DNA from: an uncultured Bacilli bacterium
GTDB taxonomy: Bacteria > Bacillota_I > Bacilli_A > RF39 > UBA660
Assembly (NCBI GenBank): GCA_934101595.1
Contig: CAKORR010000003.1
Coordinates: 36,479 to 100,478, forward strand
Reading direction: 5' to 3'
Length of the DNA: 64,000 bases
Under the pieces are notes generated by a model. That model saw nothing but the letters and a program-made list of their open reading frames with translations. It did no database searches and was not told the origin of the DNA. Made by a program: the position numbers and the translations under genes. Positions 29,559 to 38,842 of the stretch are shown here, piece after piece; position 1 is the stretch's first letter; every line of letters starts with the position of its first letter.

Positions 29559-29924
29559 CTAGCTTTCTGCGTTATAATACTCATACTTTAATTGTTCAAT
29601 TCTATTTCTATCATAAGTTATAGTGTTATTATTAGATGATATTTTATTATTAATTTTAGTTATAAGATTATTTGTATCATTCACAGCATCATTAATAATA
29701 GAAATACTATCTGAAACTTTACCCTTATCAGCACTAGATCCATTTATAATATTATTGGAGAGTTTGTCATTAGCTTCAGTAAAATCATCTATGGCATCCT
29801 TGCTTTTATTAAGAATAGTATTTAACATAGTTACATTACGTCCTAATTTATTGTTTTCCCTATTAAGACTATAGATTTCTTTTTGAAGGCGACTAATTTC
29901 ATTAAAAATTTCCGATCTTGTCAT
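29559..29924 (-). CDS. small alpha-helical protein; candidate LXG-associated (Lap/DUF5082-like) adaptor
   Basis: 121 aa predicted all-helical (MTRSEIFNEISRLQKEIYSLNREN...). Sits directly upstream of the toxin. Confidence 0.4.
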   Translation of the reverse strand: MTRSEIFNEISRLQKEIYSLNRENNKLGRNVTMLNTILNKSKDAIDDFTEANDKLSNNIINGSSADKGKVSDSISIINDAVNDTNNLITKINNKISSNNNTITYDRNRIEQLKYEYYNAES

Positions 29925-30178
29925 AATGTCTCCACATCAATACTTTTAGCTATTTCGTTAAATTCTTCATCCATGTATCCCTTATAAAAAACTTTATCAA
30001 TATCTTCACTATTAAACAAAAGATAACTTCTATCGACAGTTATCCCTTCTGGATATTTACAACCGACATAATCGTATTCTTTATCGGTGTTTTTATCTTT
30101 TACGCTATATCCAGTAATCATTATTTTTTTACTAGCATTTTTTAAAATAACCACACTGCCAATTGGTAAAAACAACAT
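29921..30178 (-). CDS. DUF4176-like small protein (T7SS-associated)
   Basis: MLFLPIGSVVILKNASKKIMITGY...YDYVGCKYPEG matches remembered DUF4176 signature. Overlaps next gene by 4 nt. Confidence 0.45.
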   Translation of the reverse strand: MLFLPIGSVVILKNASKKIMITGYSVKDKNTDKEYDYVGCKYPEGITVDRSYLLFNSEDIDKVFYKGYMDEEFNEIAKSIDVETL

Positions 30179-30258
30179 ATAACCACCTCTAGATATTCTT
30201 TTTTAATATTTACAAAAGCACGGTTCCATCGAATGATAGAACCCTGATTTCATAACTA

Positions 30259-30543
30259 TTAAACAATTTTTGATGCTGCAGCGTTTTCGATATCTTCGTA
30301 TCCTTTTTTTACTACATCAATCAAATATTTTCTACAATCATCAATTGCTTCTTTAAATGATTGGAAAGATCTTTGCATGTTTGCATGTGCATCATGCATT
30401 TCTTTAGCAGCTGGTGAATCGTATATAGAATCAACACGATTCATAATTCCTGCTAGTTCACTATTAATTATTTGATCTAATCTAGTAGATGAACTATTCA
30501 ACTCTTCAGCTGCTCTATCACATTCTGCTGAACTAAATTTCAT
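30259..30543 (-). CDS. WXG100-superfamily-like helical hairpin protein (EsxB/Lap-type)
   Basis: 94 aa, two helices around a ...SIYDSPAAKEM... loop; lacks W-x-G but has ESAT-6-like length and architecture. Confidence 0.45.
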   Translation of the reverse strand: MKFSSAECDRAAEELNSSSTRLDQIINSELAGIMNRVDSIYDSPAAKEMHDAHANMQRSFQSFKEAIDDCRKYLIDVVKKGYEDIENAAASKIV

Positions 30544-30560
30544 TATTTTATTCCTTTCTA

Positions 30561-30830
30561 TTATTCATTTTCAAAGTTTTGATAAGCTGAGCCTGTAGCT
30601 TTAATAAGCTCACCAAAGTTCTTTAAGTTTTCACCAAAATCTTCAAATTCTTTACGGCAATTATCCATTTTTGATTTAAAGTTTTGACTCTTTGTACCTG
30701 TCCAACTATTAGATAATTGATCTAATACTTGATATATTTTAGCTATTTGAGTACTATAGTCTTCTGCCTTATTAACAACTTCACCACCTAATTGTTGTAA
30801 TGTTGCAGGATCGTCGCATCTAATATTCAT
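30561..30830 (-). CDS. esxA: WXG100 family protein (EsxA-like)
   Basis: 89 aa with central ...LSNSWTGTKSQNF... WXG motif in a helix-turn-helix. GGGAGGTGA RBS. Confidence 0.7.
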   Translation of the reverse strand: MNIRCDDPATLQQLGGEVVNKAEDYSTQIAKIYQVLDQLSNSWTGTKSQNFKSKMDNCRKEFEDFGENLKNFGELIKATGSAYQNFENE

Positions 30831-30875
30831 AACTTCACCTCCCTTATACTATCTAATAAAATAATAACAAATACA

Positions 30876-30908
30876 AATAAAAATAGCAATTTATTTGCTA
30901 TTTTTTTA
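30876..30908. terminator. terminator separating zinc-ribbon membrane gene from WXG operon
   Basis: AAATAGCAA-TTTA-TTTGCTATTT followed by T7. Confidence 0.55.
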
Positions 30909-30946
30909 CGAAATAGTGTAACTGCAGGCGAAAAAAATTATGCCTT

Positions 30947-31678
30947 TTATTTACAAGTAAATCCTACACTTTCTAATTCTTTTTGAAAATCTCTAACATT
31001 ATTTTGATAAGAACTTATATCCAAATCAATAAAATCTTCCGTTAATGAGAAATTATTTTCTTTGAAATTATAAGTGAGAACATAGCTATTATTATTAAGC
31101 TTAGCTTTTACTACCTCATTAAATTTATTCTTTGTTTTAAGGCCTTCAAGCATTGTATTATATAAATCTTTAAATTCTTTCTTATTACTGTCCTTTAATT
31201 TGTTTTTAGTAATGTATGTAAATTCTTTTAAATTATCCTCATCATATTTCATTTTTACTATAATTGTATATAAAGAATTATTTGTTTTATTTTCACTTTT
31301 GCAAGTAATTGTATGAGACTCTTTATTAATAAGAACTATTAACAAAAGAGCTACTAAAACCATTAGAACATATATATATATTATTTTGTCTATTTTTTTA
31401 ATTTTCTTTATTAATTTTTTTAATTCTTTTTTTTCTTCATGAAATTCAATAATTGGTTCTTTTTTTTCTTCTTTTACAGTATTTACTTTTTTAGTGCTTT
31501 TAATTGCTGTCTTTGTGGAAACCTTTTTAGTATCAGCCTTTTTAGTTTCATTAGTAATATCTTGTGAAGTTTTCTTTTTAGTGTTAGCAGTTTTCTTTCT
31601 AACAATTAATTTGGCATTACAAAATTCGCAAGTTTTTGCCCCAGCTTTATTTTCCTTTTTGCATTTTGGACATTTCAT
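30947..31678 (-). CDS. zinc-ribbon / Lys-rich / single-TM protein with extracytoplasmic domain
   Basis: N-terminal CPKCKKEN...CEFCNAKL, KT-rich linker, TM, about 125-aa C-terminal domain. Confidence 0.4.
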   Translation of the reverse strand: MKCPKCKKENKAGAKTCEFCNAKLIVRKKTANTKKKTSQDITNETKKADTKKVSTKTAIKSTKKVNTVKEEKKEPIIEFHEEKKELKKLIKKIKKIDKIIYIYVLMVLVALLLIVLINKESHTITCKSENKTNNSLYTIIVKMKYDEDNLKEFTYITKNKLKDSNKKEFKDLYNTMLEGLKTKNKFNEVVKAKLNNNSYVLTYNFKENNFSLTEDFIDLDISSYQNNVRDFQKELESVGFTCK

Positions 31679-31799
31679 ATAACCACTCCATACTCTTTAC
31701 TTTAAGTAGTATAACATTAATTTGTACAAATTGCAATTTTTTAAAACTATAGCCCACTCTAGTAGGTATTTTTATCATACCATATTCTAGGAGGTAAAT

Positions 31800-32225
31800 A
31801 TGTTATTTGATGGTGATGACTTTAATGTAATTTCCTTTATGGAAATTCCTGGTAGTGATTTTAATAGAAAGATTACTACTGTAAAAGAAGGCTTTATGAG
31901 AGGAAATATGTTCAACAATGAATATAAACCTTATAAAAATTATAAAGTTAAAGAATTAGTTGCAACTAATGATAAAGAAGAACAACTTTTTAGAATTATG
32001 GCACTATCCTTTGCTATTAATGATTTAAATTTATTACTTGATCTAAATCCTAACGATAGAGAAAATTTTAATACTTTTAAATCATTAATTAAAGAAAAAA
32101 ATGCCTTAGAGCAAAAATATATTGAAAAATACGGACCATTAACGCTTGAAGAAACAACTAAAAATAGTTTTGATTGGGTATCAACATTCCCATGGGAAAA
32201 TGAAGGAGGTAGCAAATATGTTTAG
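31800..32225 (+). CDS. cotJB: spore coat protein CotJA-CotJB fusion
   Basis: N-terminal part has CotJA-like GFMRGNMFNNEYKPY. C-terminal part aligns to CotJB (LFRIMALSFAINDLNLLLDLNPND...FNTFKSL...KYGPLTLEETTK...FPWE). GGAGG RBS. Confidence 0.55.
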   Translation: MLFDGDDFNVISFMEIPGSDFNRKITTVKEGFMRGNMFNNEYKPYKNYKVKELVATNDKEEQLFRIMALSFAINDLNLLLDLNPNDRENFNTFKSLIKEKNALEQKYIEKYGPLTLEETTKNSFDWVSTFPWENEGGSKYV

Positions 32226-32778
32226 TTATATAAAACACACTAACTATCCAATTAACATCAAGAAAAAAGATTTAAGAATGGCAAAATATTTAATTACTCA
32301 ATTTGGAGGACCAAATGGAGAATTAGGAGCCGCTATGCGTTATTTTTCACAAAAATTTTCAATGCCAGATGATATAGGAAGAGCTTTACTTAATGATATT
32401 GCTACTGAAGAACTTGGCCACTGTGAAATGATTTGTACAATGGTACGTCAATTAACTAAAAACGCTACTGTAAAAGAAATGGAAGAAGCTGGTTTAAGTA
32501 GCTTATATGTTGAACATAACAAAGGAATTTATCCAATGGATTCAAATGGAATTCCATTTAATGCCGCTGCTTTCGCATCAACTGGAAATCCTATTGTAGA
32601 TTTAAGTGAAGATATGGCTGCTGAACAAAAAGCTCGTGCTACATACGAAAATTTAATTGACATTGCTAAAGATGAAGACGTAATACAAGTATTATTGTTT
32701 TTAAGGCAAAGAGAAATTATTCATTATAATCGCTTTAAAGAGTTATTCGATTATTATTTAGAAAAAGGTTATTATTAA
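32218..32778 (+). CDS. cotJC: spore coat protein CotJC (manganese catalase family)
   Basis: ATG at 32218 with GGAGG RBS, overlapping the cotJB stop. ...GELGAAMRYFSQ...EELGHCEM... dimetal motifs. Confidence 0.8.
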   Translation: MFSYIKHTNYPINIKKKDLRMAKYLITQFGGPNGELGAAMRYFSQKFSMPDDIGRALLNDIATEELGHCEMICTMVRQLTKNATVKEMEEAGLSSLYVEHNKGIYPMDSNGIPFNAAAFASTGNPIVDLSEDMAAEQKARATYENLIDIAKDEDVIQVLLFLRQREIIHYNRFKELFDYYLEKGYY

Positions 32779-32781
32779 ATT

Positions 32782-32800
32782 GTAGGCTTGCCTACTTTTT
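32782..32800 (+). terminator. rho-independent terminator after cotJ operon
   Basis: GTAGGC-TTG-CCTAC followed by T5. Confidence 0.55.
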
Positions 32801-32848
32801 ATTTTTGCAATATTCTCTATTTTAAGATATAATTGTTATGGTGATAAT

Positions 32849-35065
32849 ATGGCAAAACGTAAAAAAACAAAAGATTCAGAAAGTAAAGTCTCAGGATACA
32901 GTGTTGAACTCACCGGACTGATTTTAATATTAATTGGATTTATTGGCCTAGGATTTGGTATTGTCGGATCAATCATTAAAAAATTTGCTATGTTTTTAAC
33001 AGGGATATGGTGGATGATTCTTCTTATATTTTTAATGTTTATAGGTCTATATATGCTTATTAAAAGAAAAACTCCCAAATTCATTTCCGCAAAGCTTATA
33101 GGTTTGTATGTCGTATTTGCAGTTATTTTAGTTGCTAGCCATTATGGCTTTATAAACAATTGCAAAGACGCTAAAGAAATTATAACAACTACTTTAAATC
33201 AATATATGGAAAGAATTTCAACTATAGGAAATAACACAGCTTTATTAACAAGTGGAACAACCTCTATAGAGATTGGTGGTGGAATGATCGGAGCACTATT
33301 ATCCGCAGGATTATTCTTCTTATTTGGAGACGTCGGAACAAAAGTCGTTACCATAATAATGTTAATATTTGGCTTTATCTTACTATTTGATATTAACTTT
33401 GAAAAAATTATTAATAGTTGGAAAAACAAAATTGCTAATCTTAAACATTCTAATAAAGGAAATGTCCTAAAAGAAAAAGAATTTAATACCGATACTTTAA
33501 CTTATGAGGAAGAGAAAAAACCTAAAAATGACCGCATTGTAATAACAAGTGTAGAAGAATTGAAAATCAAAGATAATAAAGAAACTTTAGATGACGACCA
33601 TCCTAAAACTCGTCAAGATCTTGAAGAATATGTACTTCCCCCACTGTCATTACTTGAAAATCCTATTGTAAATAAAAGTAAAACATCAAATGATTTTACA
33701 AAAACAAATAAAGAAATTCTAGAAAATGTTTTAGCCGACTTTCAAATTAGTGGTAAAGTTGTTGCTATTCATATTGGACCTGCTGTTACTCAATATGAAG
33801 TTGTGGTTCCAAGTGGTACAAAAGTAAGTCGCATTTTAAGTATTAATAAAGAAATTGCTCTGGCTTTAGCTGCTAAAGATGTAAGAATTCAAGCTCCAAT
33901 TCCAGGAAAAAGCACTATCGGAGTTGAAATACCTAATCCAGAAATTAGTATGGTTAAAGTTAAAGAGATATTAGGCGCTGATTTTAAAGGAAAAGATGGA
34001 AAAATCGTAGCTGCCTTAGGTAAAGATATTATGGGTAATCCTAAAGTTATGGACATTGCTAAAACACCTCACTTATTAATTGCTGGTGCTACTGGTAGTG
34101 GTAAATCAGTATGTATTAACACAATATTAGCTTCAATATTAATGAGATATAGGCCAAATGAAGTCAAGCTTGTTTTAGTAGATCCTAAAAAGGTTGAACT
34201 TTCAAATTATAATGGAGTACCTCATTTACTAACTCCGGTAGTTACAGATCCTAAAAAAGCCTCGATTGCATTGCAAAAAATTGTAAGTGAAATGGAAAAA
34301 AGATATGATCAATTTGAAGAAGCTGGTGCAAAAAATATTACTTCTTATAACGAAATTATTATGAAAAACAATAAAAAACACCCTGATAGAATTGATCCTA
34401 TCATGCCGTATATTGTTGTTATTATTGATGAACTTGCAGATTTAATGCTAGTAGCTTCTAAGGAAGTTGAAGATTCTATAATGCGTATTACTCAAATGGC
34501 AAGAGCTGCTGGTATTCACTTAATTGTTGCCACTCAAAGGCCATCAACGGATGTAATTACAGGTGTTGTAAAAAGTAACATTCCTTCTCGTATAAGCTTT
34601 GCGGTTTCATCAAACATTGATTCCAGAACTATTCTAGATATGAGTGGTGCCGAGAAATTATTAGGTAAAGGTGATATGTTATACTTGCCAATGGGCGAAA
34701 ATACACCAATACGTATTCAAGGATGCTATATTTCCGATGATGAAATAAAACGTATTATCGACTATTGCGTCAACGCTCAAAAAGCTCAATATGATGAAAC
34801 TATGTTCCAATTAGATAGTAATTCTTTAAAAAGTGATAATAATGATGATAAAGAAGAATATGATGATCCAATGTATAATGAAGTTGTCGAATTTGCTATT
34901 CAAACCGGAAAAATAAGTGCTTCACTTCTTCAAAGAAGATTCAGATTCGGATATAATAGAGCCGCTAGAATTGTTGATTTGTTAGAAGAACGAGGTATAA
35001 TCGGTCCAGCTACAGGTACTAGTAAGCCAAGAGAAGTATTAGTTAAACTAAAAGAAGAAGATTAA
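32849..35065 (+). CDS. ftsK: DNA translocase FtsK/SpoIIIE
   Basis: N-terminal TM helices, linker, motor domain with LIAGATGSGKSVCINTIL (Walker A) and IVVIIDELADLM (Walker B), C-terminal gamma winged-helix. Confidence 0.85.
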   Translation: MAKRKKTKDSESKVSGYSVELTGLILILIGFIGLGFGIVGSIIKKFAMFLTGIWWMILLIFLMFIGLYMLIKRKTPKFISAKLIGLYVVFAVILVASHYGFINNCKDAKEIITTTLNQYMERISTIGNNTALLTSGTTSIEIGGGMIGALLSAGLFFLFGDVGTKVVTIIMLIFGFILLFDINFEKIINSWKNKIANLKHSNKGNVLKEKEFNTDTLTYEEEKKPKNDRIVITSVEELKIKDNKETLDDDHPKTRQDLEEYVLPPLSLLENPIVNKSKTSNDFTKTNKEILENVLADFQISGKVVAIHIGPAVTQYEVVVPSGTKVSRILSINKEIALALAAKDVRIQAPIPGKSTIGVEIPNPEISMVKVKEILGADFKGKDGKIVAALGKDIMGNPKVMDIAKTPHLLIAGATGSGKSVCINTILASILMRYRPNEVKLVLVDPKKVELSNYNGVPHLLTPVVTDPKKASIALQKIVSEMEKRYDQFEEAGAKNITSYNEIIMKNNKKHPDRIDPIMPYIVVIIDELADLMLVASKEVEDSIMRITQMARAAGIHLIVATQRPSTDVITGVVKSNIPSRISFAVSSNIDSRTILDMSGAEKLLGKGDMLYLPMGENTPIRIQGCYISDDEIKRIIDYCVNAQKAQYDETMFQLDSNSLKSDNNDDKEEYDDPMYNEVVEFAIQTGKISASLLQRRFRFGYNRAARIVDLLEERGIIGPATGTSKPREVLVKLKEED

Positions 35066-36996
35066 TTATTTATAATAAAATCTTCTTCTTTTAATTTGTC
35101 TAAATCAATAATTTCTTTATCTAATATATTACTTTCTTTTTCTTCTCTTATAAAACCTACACTACTTTTATTATTTGTACTATCCATAAAAATGAGGATG
35201 CTATTATTAAAATAAATATTTTCACCAGCCATATTTTTAAAACTACCATTCTTTATAATATTATTAAAAATAGCTTTTACTTTTTCGCTTGCTTCATCAT
35301 AATTATCAATGATTATTACGGAAAAAGTATTGTTTAGTAAGGGTTTAAATAAATAATCAATTGAATAAATATTACCCCCAAATAACTTTTCTTCAAAAAG
35401 ACTTGGTGATAAGTCTTTTATATCAATCATAAAAGTATTATATTTACTTTTATAGCATTTGATAAGGTTTTCTTTTATTTTAGCCTTTTCTTCTTTATCA
35501 CCCCTGATTCTTAAAACTGTTGGAGTTACGGATAAGGAATCATTGTTTATTGAGAGTGCCTTTAAAAACCTATTAATAAAGTTCTTGTTTTTTATTTGCT
35601 TATTTAATATATCTTCGTGCATTTTTAAACTTGGCACATTATTTTTCTTGTTAATAACTTGTAATATGTCTTCTTTAGAGACGGTATAGTTTTGAATTAA
35701 AGAATTATTTTTTAAAGCAAGCTCTTTTTTGGCACATAAAAAAGCTTTATTAAAATCATTTCTTTTCACAGCTTGCATTTTATCTTTTTTTATTTTTTCT
35801 ATAATATTTTTACTTTCTTTAGTACTTTTTGATTCGTTTTTGCATCTTACATACGCACATACAGTATCTAAAATATCTATACATTTATCGGGATTATATC
35901 TATTCTGAATGTATTTATTACTATAAAAAATAATATCATCAATATTTCTTTTTGTTACTATTACATTATGGTACTTTTCATATTCGCATTTAACTTGCAT
36001 TAATAAATTTTCAAGTTCCTCGTCGTTCGGTTCATTTAAATATATCTTTTCAAATCTTCTATCTAAAGCTTTATCATTTAAAATATATTTATCATATTCT
36101 TTTAATGTTGTTGCTCCGATACACTTTATTTGACCTCTAGCCAAATATGGTTTAATTATATCCGCGGCATTAATAGCACCTTCGGCACCTCCAGCATTTA
36201 CCATCGTATGAATTTCATCAATAAACAAAATTGTATTTTTATTAGCCACTAATTCATTTATTATTTTAGTAAGTTTTTCTTCAAATTCTCCTCGATATTT
36301 AGTTCCCGCTACTAATGAGCCCATTTCTAACATTACTATACTTTTATCCTTTAAAAATTTGGGACAGTTACCATTTTCAATTCTTCTTGCTATTTCCTCA
36401 ACTAAAGCAGTCTTTCCTACACCAGCTTCACCAATCAATAATGGATTATTTTTCTTTTTTCGCAAAAGCACTTCTATAATTCGATTTATTTCTTCTTCTC
36501 TTCCGATTATTTTTTCCGCCAAATCTACAGTTTTATTTAATGAAACGCCAACACTAAAAAGTAACGATGAGTTTGCTTTACCTTCATAAAAAAGATCCTT
36601 ATGAAGTTTTTCAACATCCACATCCATTGCTATTAGTAATCTATAGGCAATCCCCTCCTGTTCATCTAAAATTGCCAAAACATAGTGTATAGGTTTAATT
36701 ACCTGTTCATCATCCTTAGCAAATTCTTGTGCGGATAAAATGATTTTTTTTAATAGTGGTGTATATAAATTATCATTATGTTGATATTCTGAACATCCAA
36801 CAACTCTTAAAAGTTCTTTTTTAAAAGTGTTATATGTAACATTGTATTCTTTAAAAATATCGGATACTTCATTACTATTTTTTAAAATACTCAAAAAAAG
36901 ATGTTCACTTCCTACATAGGGATGATGAAGTTTTTTTCTTTCTTGTTCTGCGTCTCTTAATATAATACAGCCTTCCAAATTAAAATTATCAAACAT
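35062..36996 (-). CDS. ClpC/ClpB-like AAA+ ATPase with Clp_N domain, intact D1 and degenerate D2 lacking a Walker A motif
   Basis: HPYVGSEHLFLSIL (Clp_N), LIGEAGVGKTALVEEIARR (Walker A), ILFIDEIH (Walker B), DKALDRRFEKIY (sensor). C-terminal ~230 aa has no GxxGxGK[ST]; only SVIIIDNYDEA. Confidence 0.6.
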   Translation of the reverse strand: MFDNFNLEGCIILRDAEQERKKLHHPYVGSEHLFLSILKNSNEVSDIFKEYNVTYNTFKKELLRVVGCSEYQHNDNLYTPLLKKIILSAQEFAKDDEQVIKPIHYVLAILDEQEGIAYRLLIAMDVDVEKLHKDLFYEGKANSSLLFSVGVSLNKTVDLAEKIIGREEEINRIIEVLLRKKKNNPLLIGEAGVGKTALVEEIARRIENGNCPKFLKDKSIVMLEMGSLVAGTKYRGEFEEKLTKIINELVANKNTILFIDEIHTMVNAGGAEGAINAADIIKPYLARGQIKCIGATTLKEYDKYILNDKALDRRFEKIYLNEPNDEELENLLMQVKCEYEKYHNVIVTKRNIDDIIFYSNKYIQNRYNPDKCIDILDTVCAYVRCKNESKSTKESKNIIEKIKKDKMQAVKRNDFNKAFLCAKKELALKNNSLIQNYTVSKEDILQVINKKNNVPSLKMHEDILNKQIKNKNFINRFLKALSINNDSLSVTPTVLRIRGDKEEKAKIKENLIKCYKSKYNTFMIDIKDLSPSLFEEKLFGGNIYSIDYLFKPLLNNTFSVIIIDNYDEASEKVKAIFNNIIKNGSFKNMAGENIYFNNSILIFMDSTNNKSSVGFIREEKESNILDKEIIDLDKLKEEDFIINN

Positions 36997-37065
36997 AGGC
37001 CCTCCTAATATAAATCTATATTTATAATGTTAATTTTTAAAACCTCTTATTCAAAAAAAATAAGT

Positions 37066-38085
37066 CTAACTATTAGACTTATCAGATTTATTAAATCCCA
37101 TCTCGGTACGAATTTTATTTTCTAGTTCTTCCTTTAATGCTGGATTATCTCTTAAAAGTTGTTTTACATTCTCTTTACCTTGGCCAAGTTTTTCGCCATT
37201 GTATGAGTACCAAGCACCACTTTTTTCAATGATATTCATCTCGGAGGCCAAATCAACAATTTCACCTTCCCTAGAAATGCCTTCACCATACATAATCTCT
37301 ACATTTGCAGTTTTAAAAGGGGGAGCAACTTTATTTTTTACTACCTTAATAGTAGTTTTATTACCTATAACATTATCCCCATTTTTTATTTGTTCAGCTC
37401 TTCTAATATCAAGCCTAATTGTCGAATAAAATTTTAAAGCTCTTCCTCCAGGTGTAGTTTCTGGGTTTCCAAACATAATTCCTACTTTTTCACGAAGTTG
37501 ATTAATAAAGATAGCTGTTGTTTTAGTTTTGTTAATAGTACCCGACAGCTTTCTTAAAGCTTGCGACATCAATCTGGCTTGTAAACCGACATGTGAATCA
37601 CCCATCTCGCCATCTATCTCAGCTTGTGGAACCAAGGCGGCAACTGAGTCAATTACAACTATATTTACTGCTTCACTTCTAACTAAAGCCTCACAAATTT
37701 CTAAGGCTTGTTCTCCCGTATCCGGTTGAGAAAGAAGCAATTCATTTATATTAACTCCTAATTTTTTTGCATAAACTGGATCAAGGGCATGCTCTGCATC
37801 AATAAATGCCGCTGTACCGCCATTTTTTTGCACTTCAGCGATTGCTTGCAAAGCAACCGTTGTTTTACCACTTGATTCAGGTCCATATATTTCTATTATT
37901 CTTCCTTTAGGAAATCCCCCAACTCCTAATGCTCTATCAAGTTGTAATGAACCACTTGAGGTTACATCAACGTTTACATGTGAGTCTTCTCCTAATTTCA
38001 TTATGGCTCCAGATCCAAATTGTTTTTGAATATCTGCCAATACTTGTTCTAATGCCTTATTTTTATTCTTTTCTTCTTTTGCCAT
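37066..38085 (-). CDS. recA: recombinase RecA
   Basis: ...[14 protein letters not shown]..., ...[12 protein letters not shown]..., full-length 339 aa. Confidence 0.95.
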   Translation of the reverse strand: MAKEEKNKNKALEQVLADIQKQFGSGAIMKLGEDSHVNVDVTSSGSLQLDRALGVGGFPKGRIIEIYGPESSGKTTVALQAIAEVQKNGGTAAFIDAEHALDPVYAKKLGVNINELLLSQPDTGEQALEICEALVRSEAVNIVVIDSVAALVPQAEIDGEMGDSHVGLQARLMSQALRKLSGTINKTKTTAIFINQLREKVGIMFGNPETTPGGRALKFYSTIRLDIRRAEQIKNGDNVIGNKTTIKVVKNKVAPPFKTANVEIMYGEGISREGEIVDLASEMNIIEKSGAWYSYNGEKLGQGKENVKQLLRDNPALKEELENKIRTEMGFNKSDKSNS

Positions 38086-38114
38086 TTTAAAGCCTCCTTT
38101 TTTAATACATTCTC

Positions 38115-38166
38115 ATTGTAATACATATCAATTCTTTTGTCAATTATTTTTTCAAACATTTGTTTG
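38115..38166 (-). promoter_or_regulatory. recA promoter with upstream Cheo-like dyad
   Basis: On the minus strand: CAAACAAATGTTTG dyad (38166-38153), TTGACA (38143-38138), 17-nt spacer, TACAAT (38120-38115). Confidence 0.5.
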
Positions 38167-38189
38167 TGTATAATTTACGCATAAAAAAA

Positions 38190-38220
38190 GACTTTTTGCT
38201 TAGCAAAAAATCAATTTTTG
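38190..38220 (-). terminator. terminator after pgsA
   Basis: GACTTTTTGC-TTA-GCAAAAAGTC stem followed by T7 on the minus strand. Confidence 0.5.
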
Positions 38221-38234
38221 TTATTATCTTTTTA

Positions 38235-38834
38235 TTAATTCTTTTCTTTTGGAAATAAAAATTCTTTTGAATTATTAAAATACTGAATTCCTGAAATTAC
38301 TGATAATACAGTCGCAGCCAAAATTAATATTTCATCTAATCTTAAAGGAATAATCTCAAATGGCAAATTGCTAAACATAGCAAGAGTCATTCCCACCATC
38401 ATACAAATAGTTTTTATTTTTCCTAAAATACTCGCCGCTACAACCTTCCCCTTGTTACCAGAAACCATTTTGCATGAATCAACAACTGTATCTCTAGTAA
38501 TTATAATTACAGGTACAAAAAGCGGTATCATTCTATTATATGCCATAATTATAAGAACACCATTTACTAAAATCTTATCAGCAATGGCATCCATAACTTT
38601 TCCAAAATCTGTTACCATATTTCTGCTTCTAGCGATATACCCATCAACAAAATCAGTAACTGATGCCACAACAAACATTATACCAGTTATTATATATAAT
38701 AAACTAATTTGAACACCAAAGACTGTATAAACTGGAAAATAAACTCCCAACTCAGGCCATGGCATCAATAACATAATAATTAAAAGGACTCCTAAAAAAA
38801 TTCTTCCTAATGTAATTTTATTTGGTAAATTCAT
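38235..38834 (-). CDS. pgsA: CDP-diacylglycerol--glycerol-3-phosphate 3-phosphatidyltransferase
   Basis: ...DFVDGYIAR...DAIADKILV... CDP-alcohol phosphatidyltransferase motif. Sits in rodZ-pgsA-recA order. Confidence 0.85.
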   Translation of the reverse strand: MNLPNKITLGRIFLGVLLIIMLLMPWPELGVYFPVYTVFGVQISLLYIITGIMFVVASVTDFVDGYIARSRNMVTDFGKVMDAIADKILVNGVLIIMAYNRMIPLFVPVIIITRDTVVDSCKMVSGNKGKVVAASILGKIKTICMMVGMTLAMFSNLPFEIIPLRLDEILILAATVLSVISGIQYFNNSKEFLFPKEKN

Positions 38835-38842
38835 AATATCTC

